Of a stretch of 64,000 nucleotides of DNA, positions 48,411 through 59,512 are shown in pieces (within the stretch, counting starts at the first letter, position 1; each line of letters opens with the position of its first letter). The notes below the pieces were generated by a model, which was given only the letters and a program-made list of their open reading frames with translations, was not told the origin of the DNA and made no database searches. Where the stretch lies: the NCBI GenBank assembly GCA_016934955.1, contig JAFGRY010000049.1:61503-125502 (forward strand). Reading direction: 5' to 3'. The position numbers and the translations under genes were made by a program. The stretch is from a bacterium. Lineage in GTDB: Bacteria > Zhuqueibacterota > QNDG01 > JAGLOF01.

Positions 48411-49724
48411 CTAGCAGGAGAGCAGGATCTGAATATCCATAACATTGGTTCCGGTAGGTCCTGTAAGCACCAGGCCTCCCGCTTTCCTGAAGAACCCGTT
48501 GGAATTGTTTTCGGAAAGAAACTGCCGCGGATCAAGTCCCGTTTTCAGGGCGTTTGCTTTCACGGATGCATCGATCGACGCGCCGGCGGCGTCACTGTTG
48601 CCGTCGATTCCGTCGGTTCCGGCACTGAGAAAACCGATCCCGTCCAGGGACGGCGCATCAGTGAGAACGCGAAGAGAAAGTTCCTGATTTCGACCGCCGA
48701 TACCGTTTCCGCTCACTCTGACGGTGGTTTCACCGCCGGTAAGCAAACAGATTTTTGTTTGTCTGCCCGCTTGCAATGCGGCGATTTTTCGCACAAAAAA
48801 TGCGGCGGCATGATCCACCCGGCAATTCCAGGGCTTATGGTCATCCGAAACCGTGTACCCAAGATGCGCGGCGGCGATGGCGGCTCCCTGAAGCGCGGTG
48901 CGATTCCCCGCGAGTATATGGTAATAGCGATTTTGAGGGGGTTTTCCGGCACGTTCTTCACGGGCCAGGGCATTGATGCCGGCCCTGTTAAGCATTTCTT
49001 TTGTTAATCTATTGTATAATCGGTATTTATCAAGTATTTTGATTCCCTGTTCATGGTTCCGGGAGTGGACCGTAGGGCCGGATCCGATTACCGCGGGGTC
49101 GTCTCCCGGTACATCGGAGATCGCCAGTGTCAGTACCGGTGCGTCACCCAGCAGATCGGCGAATTTGCCGCCTTTTACCTGTGAAAAAATGGTTCGGACC
49201 GCATTGATCTCCCTGATATTCGCCCCTTTCGCCGAAAGCGCAGCGATGATTCGGTTGTACCGGGAGATCGGGATACCGGGAACAAGAGCGGTAAAGAGTG
49301 AAGATGCGCCGCCTGAGAGAAGGAAGATGACAAAATCGTCAGTCTGCACCCGGGCGGCCTCCTCCAGGAGGACCCTCCCCCCTGCCAGGCTGGAATCGTC
49401 GGGGCAGGGGTGCGCTCCGGGCAGTATGCGTACACCACCGGTGGTTGCTGACCCGGGGAGCGGGGAAATTACGGCGCCCGTGCAGGGGAGTTCCGAAGGG
49501 ATGATGGAGGCAACCCCCGCAGCCATGCCGCGGGCTGCCTTGCCGGCCCCGAGGATAACGATTCTCCGGTACGGGGAAAGATCGTACTGAAAACGGCGTC
49601 CAAGCTGGTCCGTCACGAAAAGCCGTCTCTTGGCCCACGCAAGAGTACGCATACAGACAGCTTCGGGACGCACATAGTCGACGGCAGCGTTAAATATCGT
49701 CAACACGTCGGTTGTGCATCCCAT
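48411..49724 (-). CDS. Glycerate kinase, MOFRL family (GckA/TtuD-like)
   Basis: LLTGGETTVRVSGNGIGGRNQELSLRV and ILGAGKAARGMAAG motifs of DUF4147/MOFRL glycerate 2-kinases. Confidence 0.8.
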   Translation of the reverse strand: MGCTTDVLTIFNAAVDYVRPEAVCMRTLAWAKRRLFVTDQLGRRFQYDLSPYRRIVILGAGKAARGMAAGVASIIPSELPCTGAVISPLPGSATTGGVRILPGAHPCPDDSSLAGGRVLLEEAARVQTDDFVIFLLSGGASSLFTALVPGIPISRYNRIIAALSAKGANIREINAVRTIFSQVKGGKFADLLGDAPVLTLAISDVPGDDPAVIGSGPTVHSRNHEQGIKILDKYRLYNRLTKEMLNRAGINALAREERAGKPPQNRYYHILAGNRTALQGAAIAAAHLGYTVSDDHKPWNCRVDHAAAFFVRKIAALQAGRQTKICLLTGGETTVRVSGNGIGGRNQELSLRVLTDAPSLDGIGFLSAGTDGIDGNSDAAGASIDASVKANALKTGLDPRQFLSENNSNGFFRKAGGLVLTGPTGTNVMDIQILLSC

Positions 49725-49747
49725 GACAAAGCCGCTTTCGGTATCTG

Positions 49748-51145
49748 TCAGGGGGATTGCAGGGTTGCCAGGAGCGTCCCTGCCTGTTCCTTGGCGGGCG
49801 TATAGTAGTCGAAATTCAGGATGCGGTTGAGAAGGGTCTGTGCCTTTTCGGGATCGTGCATTTTTACATGGGCAAGTGCCAGATTGTACATGGCCAGCGG
49901 GTTGTTGGGATTCTTTTTCATCGACATCTGAAGATAGTTCATGCCGTCTTCAGTGGCTTTTTCATACATGAGATTGATGCCGTAGAGCGTCAGACAGAGC
50001 GCATCACGCTTGCCGAGTTCGATCGCTTTTTTCAGTACCTGAATGGTCTCTTTCGGTTTGCCGAGAAAATGAAGAGATATGCCCAGGGTCTTGTAGTAGA
50101 GCCCTCTTTTTCCGTTAATGCGGATGGCGCGTTTCAGGCAATCCGCCGACTCCTCATACTCCCCGGTACGCAGCATGGTCTCACCCAGCAGGTACCAGCC
50201 GTAATCGTCGGATGGATGGGCCTGAAGATAGGCCTTATAGGTTGTCGCCGACTGTCTGTATTTTCCGCTGAGGTACTGCCCCATACCGATTGAGAAGGAG
50301 TCGTCCCGGGCCGCGCTGCCCCCGGCCGTCCCTCCTGCTGCGGAAGCCGGTACAGCGGCATGGTCTGCCGGGGCCGTCTGCTCCACTCTCACGGACCGTT
50401 TCGCATATTCGGCCATGCGGGTCCCGGGAGCCAGTTTAATGACCTTGGTGAAATAGTCGTTTGCTTTGGTGGGATCGTTGAGGACACTATATATACGGGC
50501 AAGTCCGAGATAGGCCCGTGCCTCCCGCGGGGAGAGATCGATACAGCGTTCGTACATCTCGATCGCCCGGGGAAAATCCTTTTTTACGCTGTAAATGGCA
50601 CCAAGATTGAGATAGGTCAGCATGCTTTTCTTGTTGAGAAAGTGGCTTTCCGTGACATAAGTGAGCGCTTTCTCGAATTTTCTCAATTTGATCCAGTTGA
50701 TCCCCAGCAACAGAAGGGCCCGATCGTGGATGGGACAGATTTCCACGGCTTTTTCAAGCTGGAGAATCGATTCAGTGTATTTTTTCCTCTCAAAATAGAG
50801 GATCGCCAGTTTATAGAGGTAATCAACGTCATGCGGCTGCTGATCGAGGGCCTTTTCCCAGGTCCTGATCGCCTTGTCGTAGAGCTTCTGCTTGGTAAAT
50901 TCCAGGGCAGCGTAGTGGTAGGCCTCCCCTTCCTTGCTGACCGTCTCAGGGCTCCATTCGAGAAAAACGGTGTCGGCGCGAAACGCGATACCGAGGGATC
51001 CGTGGCCGGGTTTGTAGCGTGCCAGAAGGGCGCTCTTGAGCTGTTCGGTGTCCTCTGTCTCGTAGATTGAGAAATGCTCCGGATACTCCTGGATGTCCGC
51101 GATTTTTAATGATACGGATATCTTTTTTCGATTGACCGTATTCAT
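49748..51145 (-). CDS. Tetratricopeptide-repeat (TPR) protein
   Basis: Start codon overlaps the proS stop (RBS GGAGAG). Multiple 34-aa TPR units (AYLGLARIYSVLNDPTKANDYFTKVIKLAP etc.). Confidence 0.8.
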   Translation of the reverse strand: MNTVNRKKISVSLKIADIQEYPEHFSIYETEDTEQLKSALLARYKPGHGSLGIAFRADTVFLEWSPETVSKEGEAYHYAALEFTKQKLYDKAIRTWEKALDQQPHDVDYLYKLAILYFERKKYTESILQLEKAVEICPIHDRALLLLGINWIKLRKFEKALTYVTESHFLNKKSMLTYLNLGAIYSVKKDFPRAIEMYERCIDLSPREARAYLGLARIYSVLNDPTKANDYFTKVIKLAPGTRMAEYAKRSVRVEQTAPADHAAVPASAAGGTAGGSAARDDSFSIGMGQYLSGKYRQSATTYKAYLQAHPSDDYGWYLLGETMLRTGEYEESADCLKRAIRINGKRGLYYKTLGISLHFLGKPKETIQVLKKAIELGKRDALCLTLYGINLMYEKATEDGMNYLQMSMKKNPNNPLAMYNLALAHVKMHDPEKAQTLLNRILNFDYYTPAKEQAGTLLATLQSP

Positions 51146-52863
51146 TGGGTGCTCTCCTGCTCTATAATGGCAGTGATTTTTACAACGGCTTCGCCGGCGT
51201 CGATCAGCTCCGAGGTGCAGGTATTCCGATGTTTGAGCTCCACTTTCCCCTGGGCAAGCGATTTTTTACCGATGATCACCTGCAGGGGCAAACCGAGCAG
51301 ATCGGCGTCCTTGAACTTGAATCCCGGCGAAACCTGGCGATCATCCAGCAGTGCGGCCACGGACCGGCCGGCGAAACCGCGGTAGAGCGCGTCCGCGCAT
51401 TCGCGTATATCCTCATCTCCGTAATTGACCGGAATGATGTGGACAGCGTAGGGAGCGAGGGCGTAATTCCAGATAATGCCGTTATCGTCATTGTTCTGCT
51501 CTATAAAAGAGGCAACGATCCGTTCAACACCGATGCCGTAGCTGCCCATGACGATCGAACGGTCCTTGCCGTGCTCATCCAGATAGGTGGCGCCCATGCT
51601 CTCCGAGTATTTGGTGCCCAGTTTGAATATGTGGCCGAGTTCAATGGCGTTGGTCATGATAAGCGGGGCTCCGCACTGTATGCAGGCATCGCCGGAGCTG
51701 GCGTTGCGCAGATCCGCGAAGGTGTCCACGGCCGCATCCCGGCCAATATCGACGCCTGTTACATGATAATCATTTTCATTCGCTCCCGCAACCATATTCT
51801 TCTGGTCCCTGATGGCGTTATCTGCGAGGATGGTCAGTTTCTGTGATACGCCGACCGGACCGACGGATCCCGCGTCGGCTCCGCAGATCTGTTTTATCTC
51901 ATTGGGATGGGCGGGTCTGATGACATGCCCGAGTAGTGTCTGCAATTTATTTTCATTGAGATCATGATCCCCCCGCAGCAGGATCATTACCGGTGTTTCG
52001 GGCTGCCTGATGTACACGAGGGTCTTGATCAGTTCCTTCTTTTCTCTCTGCAGGAATGCCGCTACTTCCTCGATCGTGTAAGCGCCGGGCGTGGCAACCT
52101 TCTCAAGAGCCGCAGATGCCGCAGTCTCCAGTGGTTCGATCGTGGACTCGGCCACTTCCGTATTGGCCGCGTATCCGCACTGTTCACACAGAATAAGGGT
52201 ATCTTCGCCGGCGTCCGATTCAGCCATGAATTCCTGGGAGCCGCTCCCCCCCATCAGCCCCGAAGCGGCACCGACCACTACATAGCGCAGACCGCAGCGT
52301 CTGAAAATAGAGTGATAGGCCTTTGCGTGCAGGTCGTAGCCTGTATTCAGGGCCTCCTGGTCGACATCGAGCGTATACGAGTCTTTCATGATAAACTGCC
52401 GTGTTCGCAGGACGCCTGATCGGGGCCGCGGCTCATCCCGGAATTTGGTTTGAATCTGATACCATATCTGGGGCAGATCCTTGTATGAATTCACGAATTT
52501 TCGCGCCAGGTCGCAGATGACCTCTTCATGGGTCGGAGCGAGATTCAGGGCCCGGTTTTTTCTGTCTTTGAGCCTGAACATCTCGTCGCCGAAATCCCTG
52601 TTTCTGCCGGTTTCATCCCAGATTTCTATAGGATTGAGCATCGGCATGAGCAATTCCTGCCCGCCGATGGCGTCCATCTCTTCTCTGATAATGTCGATAG
52701 CCTTGCGCATGACGCGCCACCCCAGCGGAAGATAGGTGTAGATACCGGCGGCAAGCGGCCTGACCAGGCCGGCCCGGATCATCAGCTGATGACTGGGAAT
52801 AACCGCATCGGAAGGAATCTCTTTTTGCGTGGGAATGTAGGCTTGTGACAATTTCACAGTCAA
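51142..52863 (-). CDS. proS: Proline--tRNA ligase (bacterial type with editing domain)
   Basis: MTVKLSQAYIPTQKEIPSDAVIPSHQLMIRAGLVRPLAAGIYTYLPLGWRV... Class II motifs. 573 aa. Confidence 0.95.
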   Translation of the reverse strand: MTVKLSQAYIPTQKEIPSDAVIPSHQLMIRAGLVRPLAAGIYTYLPLGWRVMRKAIDIIREEMDAIGGQELLMPMLNPIEIWDETGRNRDFGDEMFRLKDRKNRALNLAPTHEEVICDLARKFVNSYKDLPQIWYQIQTKFRDEPRPRSGVLRTRQFIMKDSYTLDVDQEALNTGYDLHAKAYHSIFRRCGLRYVVVGAASGLMGGSGSQEFMAESDAGEDTLILCEQCGYAANTEVAESTIEPLETAASAALEKVATPGAYTIEEVAAFLQREKKELIKTLVYIRQPETPVMILLRGDHDLNENKLQTLLGHVIRPAHPNEIKQICGADAGSVGPVGVSQKLTILADNAIRDQKNMVAGANENDYHVTGVDIGRDAAVDTFADLRNASSGDACIQCGAPLIMTNAIELGHIFKLGTKYSESMGATYLDEHGKDRSIVMGSYGIGVERIVASFIEQNNDDNGIIWNYALAPYAVHIIPVNYGDEDIRECADALYRGFAGRSVAALLDDRQVSPGFKFKDADLLGLPLQVIIGKKSLAQGKVELKHRNTCTSELIDAGEAVVKITAIIEQESTQ

Positions 52864-52908
52864 CGCTCCTTTCTGAATCAGTATTCGCCGCGGCGGCTCA
52901 GAACCGTC

Positions 52909-53703
52909 CTACAGGGGAAGGGAAACACGCCGTATCGAGTTCGCTTTTCCGGTGATCGGATCGATTGAGATGACAACGCCGGAAAAAACGACATCATTGG
53001 CGGCGACCTTGTAATACTGCGGCATCTGGGTGAGAAACCGCTTGATCGCCACCTCCCTGTCCATGCCGATAACCGAATCCATGGGACCGGTCATTCCGGC
53101 ATCGGTGATGAACGCGGTCCCGTTTGGAAGAATGCGTTCATCCGCCGTTTGAACGTGGGTGTGGGTGCCGATAACCGCGCTTGCCCGGCCGTCCAGGTAG
53201 TATCCCAGGGCTATTTTTTCCGCGGTGGCCTCGGCATGAAAATCGGTGACAATGATTCCTGCGCCGGCGTTCCTGAGGGTGTCGATGGCCGCATCGGCGC
53301 ACAGGAAGGGACAGTCGATAGGCTGCAGAAAACTTCTTCCCTGGAGGTTGAGAATCCCGATGGTGACACCGCCGGCCTCCACAAGGCAAAATCCCCGGCC
53401 GGGACAGGAGGCCGGGTAGTTGGCGGGGCGCAGGAGTGCCGGCCGCGATTCAAAGTATTCGAACAGCTTCTGTTTGTTCCAGATATGGTTGCCGCTGGTG
53501 ATGACATCGATCCCCATATCGAAAAGAAAATCTGCGTCCGCGGGCAGAAGTCCCTTGCCCGCGGCTGCATTCTCTCCATTGGCAATCGTGATGTCTATAC
53601 TCTCTTCATCCCGAATGCGGGGATAGACATGTTCCACCGCTTTCAGTCCCGGTCTGCCGACGATATCGGCGATAAAAAGAATATTCAGGGTCTCTGAGGG
53701 CAC
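52909..53703 (-). CDS. YmdB-like TIGR00282 metallophosphoesterase
   Basis: LNILFIADIVGRPG...ANGENAAAGKG metal-binding motifs. Conserved position next to rny. Confidence 0.85.
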   Translation of the reverse strand: MPSETLNILFIADIVGRPGLKAVEHVYPRIRDEESIDITIANGENAAAGKGLLPADADFLFDMGIDVITSGNHIWNKQKLFEYFESRPALLRPANYPASCPGRGFCLVEAGGVTIGILNLQGRSFLQPIDCPFLCADAAIDTLRNAGAGIIVTDFHAEATAEKIALGYYLDGRASAVIGTHTHVQTADERILPNGTAFITDAGMTGPMDSVIGMDREVAIKRFLTQMPQYYKVAANDVVFSGVVISIDPITGKANSIRRVSLPL

Positions 53704-53718
53704 GTTCGGATCCGTCTT

Positions 53719-55278
53719 TTATTTGGCGTAGTCAACGGAACGGTACTCACGGATTACCGTCACTTTGATCTGTCCCGGATATTCCATCTCGGCCATGATC
53801 TTCTCGGCGATGTCCGTGGCCATCTGATCGGATAGCGCGTCATCCACTTTTTCCGGCTGTACCAGCACCCGGATTTCACGGCCGGCCTGAATGGCGTATG
53901 TTTTCGACACTCCCTGGAAGGACTCGGCGATGCCTTCCAGCTTCTCGAGCCGCTTGATGTACCCTTCCAGCGTCTCACGCCGCGCTCCCGGGCGGGAGCC
54001 GGAAATGGCGTCCGCAGACTGTACCAGCGCCGAGATCGGCGAGATCATTTCCACCTCGCCGTGATGGGCGGCGATGGCATTCTGGACAATCGGCCCTTCA
54101 CCGTATTTTTTCGCCAGTTCGGCACCCAGTGCGAAATGAGTGCCTTCGGTTTCCCGGTCGACCGCCTTGCCGATATCGTGGAGCAGACCGGCCCGTTTGG
54201 CGATGACCGCATCCAGCTGAAGCTCTGCAGCCATCAATCCCGCCAGATGTGCGGACTCGATGGAGTGCTGAAGCACGTTCTGGCCGTAACTGGTACGGTA
54301 ATTAAGCTTTCCGAGCAGCTTGAGCAGTTCGGGATGAAGGCCGTGCACTCCTGTCTCCAGCATTGCCTGTTCACCCAGCTCAACGATCACTTCCTGCATT
54401 TCCTTGCGCGATTTATTGACGATTTCCTCGATACGTCCGGGATGAATGCGTCCATCGGTGATAAGCGTCTCGAGCGCACGTCTGGCGATTTCCCTGCGAT
54501 AGGGATCGAATCCGGAAAGAATCACCGCTTCAGGAGTGTCGTCAACGATGACATCAATGCCCGTGGCGTTTTCAAACGATCTGATATTGCGCCCTTCCCT
54601 GCCGATGATACGTCCCTTCATTTCCTCGCTGGGCAGGTGGACGACGGATACGGTGGTCTCCACGGAGTGGTCGGCGGCGGTCCGCTGGATGGCTGAGATC
54701 ACGATCTCCTTCGCTTCCTTGTTGGCGGTGAGCCGTGCCTGGTCCTTGATATCCTTGATGATTTGGGCCGATTCCTGTTTGGCTTTCGAGAGAAGGTTTT
54801 CCTTCAGTTCCTTGAGCGCCTCTTCATTCGACATGCCTGAAATTTTTTCCAGCCGCTGATTCTGTACCTCGATGATTTTTTCCAGCTCTTCCTGCCGGTG
54901 CTTCAGGTGCTCGGACTTGTCCCGAATCGATTGCTCACTGTTCTTTATATCTTTTTCCTTCTGGCTCAGATGCCCGAGCCTGCGGTCTATTTCAAGTTCC
55001 TTGTTCTGCAGTTTGGAGCGCTGTTTATCAATCTCCTGCCGGGTGCGCCTTGTTTCTTTTTCAAAATTCTGTTTCTGATTGTACCACTCCTCCTTGGCTT
55101 CGAGTATTTTCTGATTCTTGATAGCGAGGGACTCTTTCTCCGCTTCCGATACGATTTTTTCAGCGAGTTTCTCGGCGCTGGCGACTTTGCCCTGACCAAT
55201 ACGGGTACTCAATATCCAGCCGACAAAAAACATGATGAGACTCGTAACAATAAGCAGCACAACAGTCATGGTTTCCAT
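53719..55278 (-). CDS. rny: Ribonuclease Y
   Basis: Start at the ATG 6 nt after GGAGG ([24 protein letters not shown]-terminal TM). Coiled-coil, KH domain ([15 protein letters not shown]) and HD domain ([16 protein letters not shown]...LLHDIGK). Confidence 0.9.
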   Translation of the reverse strand: METMTVVLLIVTSLIMFFVGWILSTRIGQGKVASAEKLAEKIVSEAEKESLAIKNQKILEAKEEWYNQKQNFEKETRRTRQEIDKQRSKLQNKELEIDRRLGHLSQKEKDIKNSEQSIRDKSEHLKHRQEELEKIIEVQNQRLEKISGMSNEEALKELKENLLSKAKQESAQIIKDIKDQARLTANKEAKEIVISAIQRTAADHSVETTVSVVHLPSEEMKGRIIGREGRNIRSFENATGIDVIVDDTPEAVILSGFDPYRREIARRALETLITDGRIHPGRIEEIVNKSRKEMQEVIVELGEQAMLETGVHGLHPELLKLLGKLNYRTSYGQNVLQHSIESAHLAGLMAAELQLDAVIAKRAGLLHDIGKAVDRETEGTHFALGAELAKKYGEGPIVQNAIAAHHGEVEMISPISALVQSADAISGSRPGARRETLEGYIKRLEKLEGIAESFQGVSKTYAIQAGREIRVLVQPEKVDDALSDQMATDIAEKIMAEMEYPGQIKVTVIREYRSVDYAK

Positions 55279-55391
55279 GTGTTTCCTCCATATAAAAATC
55301 CCGCACAGATAAAAGATGCACACCGTGAAAACGGGCGCGTCAGGAAGGGATCTTTTACCGGGCGGGAGCAGCTATACTAAATGCAGCGATA

Positions 55392-55760
55392 TTACAGCTG
55401 TCTGTCAATCAACCTGTTTAATTCTTCTACTTTGTCCTCGAGTTTTTGGCGCAATGCGTCGATTTCCTGTCTCAGGGTCTGATTATCCTGTTTCTCGCTG
55501 AACAGTTCATAGGTGATATTCAGGGAAGCGAGAATTGCGATCTTCAAGGATGAGTCGACCCGGACATTTTTATCGACTTCCCGCATCTTGCCGTCGAGAT
55601 ACTCGGCAACGGCTTTGATTTTATCTATATCGGTCTGACCGCGTACAGCGTAATCAGCGCCGTATATACGTACGTTGAGGACATTACTGTCGGACCCTGT
55701 ATGGGAGGTCCTGTTATCTGAATTAATTTTCACGGTTCGGTTTGATCCCTTCAAACCCAT
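55392..55760 (-). CDS. zapA: Cell division protein ZapA
   Basis: VRIYGADYAVRGQTDIDKIKAVAEYLDGKMREV... plus a C-terminal coiled coil, typical of ZapA. The start may be internal. Confidence 0.65.
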   Translation of the reverse strand: MGLKGSNRTVKINSDNRTSHTGSDSNVLNVRIYGADYAVRGQTDIDKIKAVAEYLDGKMREVDKNVRVDSSLKIAILASLNITYELFSEKQDNQTLRQEIDALRQKLEDKVEELNRLIDRQL

Positions 55761-55773
55761 ATGTACGATTATA

Positions 55774-56049
55774 TTATTCTTCGAATTCCTTTAGTTTATG
55801 CAGGAGCACTTCCACTTTTGAACGGATGCGATCCTGGTTTTGCTTGTAGGTTTCAATATCCCCCTGCACCCTGCTTATCTCTTCAGCTTTATTGTGCAAT
55901 TGCTGAATCGTCTGTTCTTTTTCGTTCAAAGCCGTCTGCAGGGTTTTGTTTTCCTGCCGTAATTCCTGATTTTCAACTTTCAGCTTGTTCATTTTGGAAA
56001 TCATTCTGGTGATTTTTTCTTCAAGTGCGTCAAGGCTCTGATGATCCAT
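55774..56049 (-). CDS. ZapB-like coiled-coil cell division protein
   Basis: 91-aa all-coiled-coil protein (LEEKITRMISKMNKLKVENQELRQENKTLQ...) immediately upstream of zapA, resembling ZapB/DUF904. Confidence 0.55.
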   Translation of the reverse strand: MDHQSLDALEEKITRMISKMNKLKVENQELRQENKTLQTALNEKEQTIQQLHNKAEEISRVQGDIETYKQNQDRIRSKVEVLLHKLKEFEE

Positions 56050-56075
56050 GGTTACACCTCTCCTCGACAGTTCAT

Positions 56076-58466
56076 TCAGGAGCGCAGGGTGGCACCGAAT
56101 GTGCCGCCTACTGACTCAATGATCTGTTTGACAGCAGGGTCCACGTCTTGTTCACGCAGTGTCCGTTCCGGGGATATGAACTGCAGGGAAAATGCGAGGC
56201 TCTTTTTCCCGGCGGGAATGGAATCACCGGTGTACTGGTCGAACAGCGCCGCTTCTTTGAGGAATGCACCGCCGGCACGCAGTATGCAGGCCCGGATATC
56301 ACCGGCAGGTATCTCCCCGGGGACGATAAAGGCCACGTCCCTTTTGACTGCCGGGAAACGGGATATCGGCCTGGATACCGGCGGGACTGATGCGGCGAGC
56401 ATGTGTTCCACGGAAAGCTCGAAACAGAACGCCGCTTCGGGAATATCCCACTGCTCGCGAATCGATTGGGCGACCGGGCCGAAGTGCCCCAGCCGCGTGT
56501 CCCCCGCGGTAATAGTGTACCCGTAGGCGAAAAGCGGGTGATCCTCGGCGGTAAACCGGCACTCCCGCAGATAACTGCGGGAAAGCAGTGTCTCGACAAG
56601 GCCTTTCAAATGGAAAAATGTCACCTGTTCTTTTTCGTCACTCCAGAATTCGGACGATCCCGACCGTCCGTAGAGTACGCCCGCAAAGGTGAGTGTCTCA
56701 TCCGGCAGGGAAACGGTGTCGCGGAAAGAGAACACATTTCCCGTTTCAAACAGCCGGCAGGTGTCGTGGGAACGGTTGATGTTCCAGCTCACGGCGGTGA
56801 GCAATCCCGGAATGAGACTGGTGCGCAGAAACGCCGTCTCCGGATTGAGGGGATTTTTCACCCCGGCCGGGACATTGCCTTCCGGAACGTACAGTTCCGT
56901 GTAACGGGAGGGAACGAGACTGCTGTTCACGACTTCGTGAAGTCCGGCACCCGCGGCAGCGTCTTTCAGCGTCTCGGTGTAGTCCCGCAGCGGATTTCGA
57001 GTGTCGCCGAGGGGAAGAAGGATAGTCTCGGCCGCCGGAACCGTATTGTATCCGAAGTGGCGGAGCACTTCTTCGATGAGGTCGATTTCCCGTTTGATAT
57101 CCGGACGGAAGGTGGGCACCGTCACGGTAAGCGGATCGGATCCCGAGGGCGCCAGCTGCAGCCGGGTGAGTATGTCCCGGACTCGATCCGCCGGAATGCT
57201 GATTCCGGTGATCGCTTCCAGCCGCTTCAGGCGCAGGGAGACGGCAAGCGGCTGTACCGGAGCCGGATAGGCGTCCGCCACTCCCCCGGCGATGGTACCG
57301 CCGGCAAGTTCCTGTATCAGCCGGGCCGCCCGGTCCACGGCGTATACCGTGTTGTTCGGATCAGCCCCCCGTTCGAACCGCTGGGAGGCCTCGGTTGAGA
57401 GCCCCAGGCGTTTGGCCGTTTTTCTGATCGTCAGCGGATCGAAAAAGGCGCTTTCCAGAAGCACGGCCGTGGTGTCGTCACCGATTTCAGAGTTTTTACC
57501 TCCCATGATCCCGGCCAGGGCCACCGGGCGTTCGCCGTCACAAATGAGCAGATCGTCGGAAGTGAGTTCCCTGCTGATATCATCGAGCGTGGTGAATATC
57601 TCACCCGGCTTCGCCTTTCGGACGATGATCTGTTTCCCGGCAATCTCGCGGTAATCGAACGCATGGAGGGGATGTCCGGTCTCCATAAGCACGAAATTGG
57701 TGATGTCGACGATATTGTTTATGGGACGAATGCCTACGGAAGAGAGCCGGTTCTGCAGCCACTCCGGTGATTCCGCGACAGTAACCCCGCTGATATAACG
57801 GGCGCTGTAGCGCGGGCAGGCGTCACTGTCTTCGATGCCGATGCTGATATATTCGTCCACGGACCGGTCCGTTTCTCTGCAGCCCGAGGGCGGCAGTGTA
57901 AGCGGATTGCCGGTTATGACGCTCACTTCCCTGGCCACTCCGATATGGCTGAGGCAATCAGGCCTGTTGGGAGTGATATCGATGGAAAGGGTGGTGTCAT
58001 CAGAACCGTTCGCGGCGGTGAAGGGGTCGCCGGCCGCACCGGCGGTTTTCGTATCGAGGATCATGATGCCGGTATGGTCTTTGCTCAGTCCCAGCTCTCT
58101 GGCCGAGCAGATCATGCCCTGGGACTGGACACCCCGCAGTGTGACCGGGCGTATTTCATTGCCGTTGAGCACCGCACCTACCGGGGCGAAGGGAGCCTTG
58201 ACTCCGGCCTGCACATTCGGCGCGCCGCAGACCACCTGGACAACGTCATCGCCGGCTCGTACGCTGCAGACCGAGAGTTTGTCCGCATTCGGATGTCGTT
58301 CCACGCTGAGAATCTCGCCAATGACGACACCCGAGAATGTCGTCTTTGTCCCCTGGCCGATCTCTTCGACTTCCAGGCCGGCCATCGTCAATGCATGGGC
58401 AAGCTCTGCGGCGGTGAGGTCAAAATCGACATATGTTTTGAGCCATGCGAGACTGATATTCATCAT
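56076..58466 (-). CDS. pheT: Phenylalanine--tRNA ligase beta subunit
   Basis: MMNISLAWLKTYVDFDLTAAELAHALTMAGLEVEEI. tRNA-binding, B3/4, B5 and FDX-ACB regions. 796 aa. Confidence 0.95.
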   Translation of the reverse strand: MMNISLAWLKTYVDFDLTAAELAHALTMAGLEVEEIGQGTKTTFSGVVIGEILSVERHPNADKLSVCSVRAGDDVVQVVCGAPNVQAGVKAPFAPVGAVLNGNEIRPVTLRGVQSQGMICSARELGLSKDHTGIMILDTKTAGAAGDPFTAANGSDDTTLSIDITPNRPDCLSHIGVAREVSVITGNPLTLPPSGCRETDRSVDEYISIGIEDSDACPRYSARYISGVTVAESPEWLQNRLSSVGIRPINNIVDITNFVLMETGHPLHAFDYREIAGKQIIVRKAKPGEIFTTLDDISRELTSDDLLICDGERPVALAGIMGGKNSEIGDDTTAVLLESAFFDPLTIRKTAKRLGLSTEASQRFERGADPNNTVYAVDRAARLIQELAGGTIAGGVADAYPAPVQPLAVSLRLKRLEAITGISIPADRVRDILTRLQLAPSGSDPLTVTVPTFRPDIKREIDLIEEVLRHFGYNTVPAAETILLPLGDTRNPLRDYTETLKDAAAGAGLHEVVNSSLVPSRYTELYVPEGNVPAGVKNPLNPETAFLRTSLIPGLLTAVSWNINRSHDTCRLFETGNVFSFRDTVSLPDETLTFAGVLYGRSGSSEFWSDEKEQVTFFHLKGLVETLLSRSYLRECRFTAEDHPLFAYGYTITAGDTRLGHFGPVAQSIREQWDIPEAAFCFELSVEHMLAASVPPVSRPISRFPAVKRDVAFIVPGEIPAGDIRACILRAGGAFLKEAALFDQYTGDSIPAGKKSLAFSLQFISPERTLREQDVDPAVKQIIESVGGTFGATLRS

Positions 58467-58472
58467 CGATTC

Positions 58473-59495
58473 CTAGAATTGCTGCAAAAACCGCAGATCG
58501 TTTTCGAAGAACATGCGGATGTCTTCCACCTGATAGAGCGCCATGGCGATGCGTTCCACGCCCATGCCGAAGGCATACCCGGTGTACCGTTCGCTGTCAT
58601 ACCCGATTGTTTCAAAAACCACCGGGTTGACCATGCCGGCACCGGAAATCTCTATCCATCCCGACCCTTTGCAGACACGGCATCCTCTTCCCATGCAGAT
58701 GAAACAGGTAAAATCGTATTCGGCGCCCGGCTCCACAAAGGGAAAATAACTTGGCCTGAACCGGATTTTCATATCGGGCCCGAACATCTGGCGGGCGAAA
58801 TTGAGAATCACCCCCCGGAGATCGGCGAAGGTGATCCCCTCGTCCACGCACAATCCCTCTATCTGGTGAAACACCGGTGAGTGGGTGGCGTCGGGAGTGT
58901 CCCGTCGAAAACAGCGGCCGGGGGAAATGATCCGAACAGGAGGCCGCTGCCGCTCCATCACCCGTATCTGCACATTGGATGTATGTGTGCGAAGAACGAA
59001 CCCGTTATCAACGAACAGCGTATCCTGCATTTCCCGGGCCGGATGCCCTTTGGGAATGTTCAGCGCTTCAAAATTGTAGTACTCGGTTTCAATTTCCGGA
59101 CCGTCGGCGATCGCGAACCCCATATTCTGAAATATGGTTTTTATCCGGCGCTGCACCAGTGTCAGAGGGTGCAGGCTGCCGGCCTGCGGCCAGTTGCCCG
59201 GAAGGGTGAGGTCCGGCGCGGCTTCCGTCGTGGTGGTTGCCGCATGACGGGAGATCAGTCTGCTGATCTCGTCCTCGCCAAACTGCTTGAGGTCATTGAT
59301 AGCCTGTCCCGCCGCCTTGCGCTGATCCGGAGGCACGGATCCCAACTGTTTGAACAGAGCGCTGACAGCGCCTTTGCGGCCGAGAAAACGGACACGCAGG
59401 GCTTCTATTTCCTGCGTCGAATCAGCGGCAGCAATCGCCGACTCGAGATCCCGCCGGATCGTTCGCACCGATTCCTGTAGGCTGTTCTCAGTCAT
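58473..59495 (-). CDS. pheS: Phenylalanine--tRNA ligase alpha subunit
   Basis: Class II core with FRPSYFPFVEPGAEYD and GAGMVNPVV motifs. Confidence 0.95.
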   Translation of the reverse strand: MTENSLQESVRTIRRDLESAIAAADSTQEIEALRVRFLGRKGAVSALFKQLGSVPPDQRKAAGQAINDLKQFGEDEISRLISRHAATTTTEAAPDLTLPGNWPQAGSLHPLTLVQRRIKTIFQNMGFAIADGPEIETEYYNFEALNIPKGHPAREMQDTLFVDNGFVLRTHTSNVQIRVMERQRPPVRIISPGRCFRRDTPDATHSPVFHQIEGLCVDEGITFADLRGVILNFARQMFGPDMKIRFRPSYFPFVEPGAEYDFTCFICMGRGCRVCKGSGWIEISGAGMVNPVVFETIGYDSERYTGYAFGMGVERIAMALYQVEDIRMFFENDLRFLQQF

Positions 59496-59512
59496 GGGCT
59501 CGGCCGCATTGA

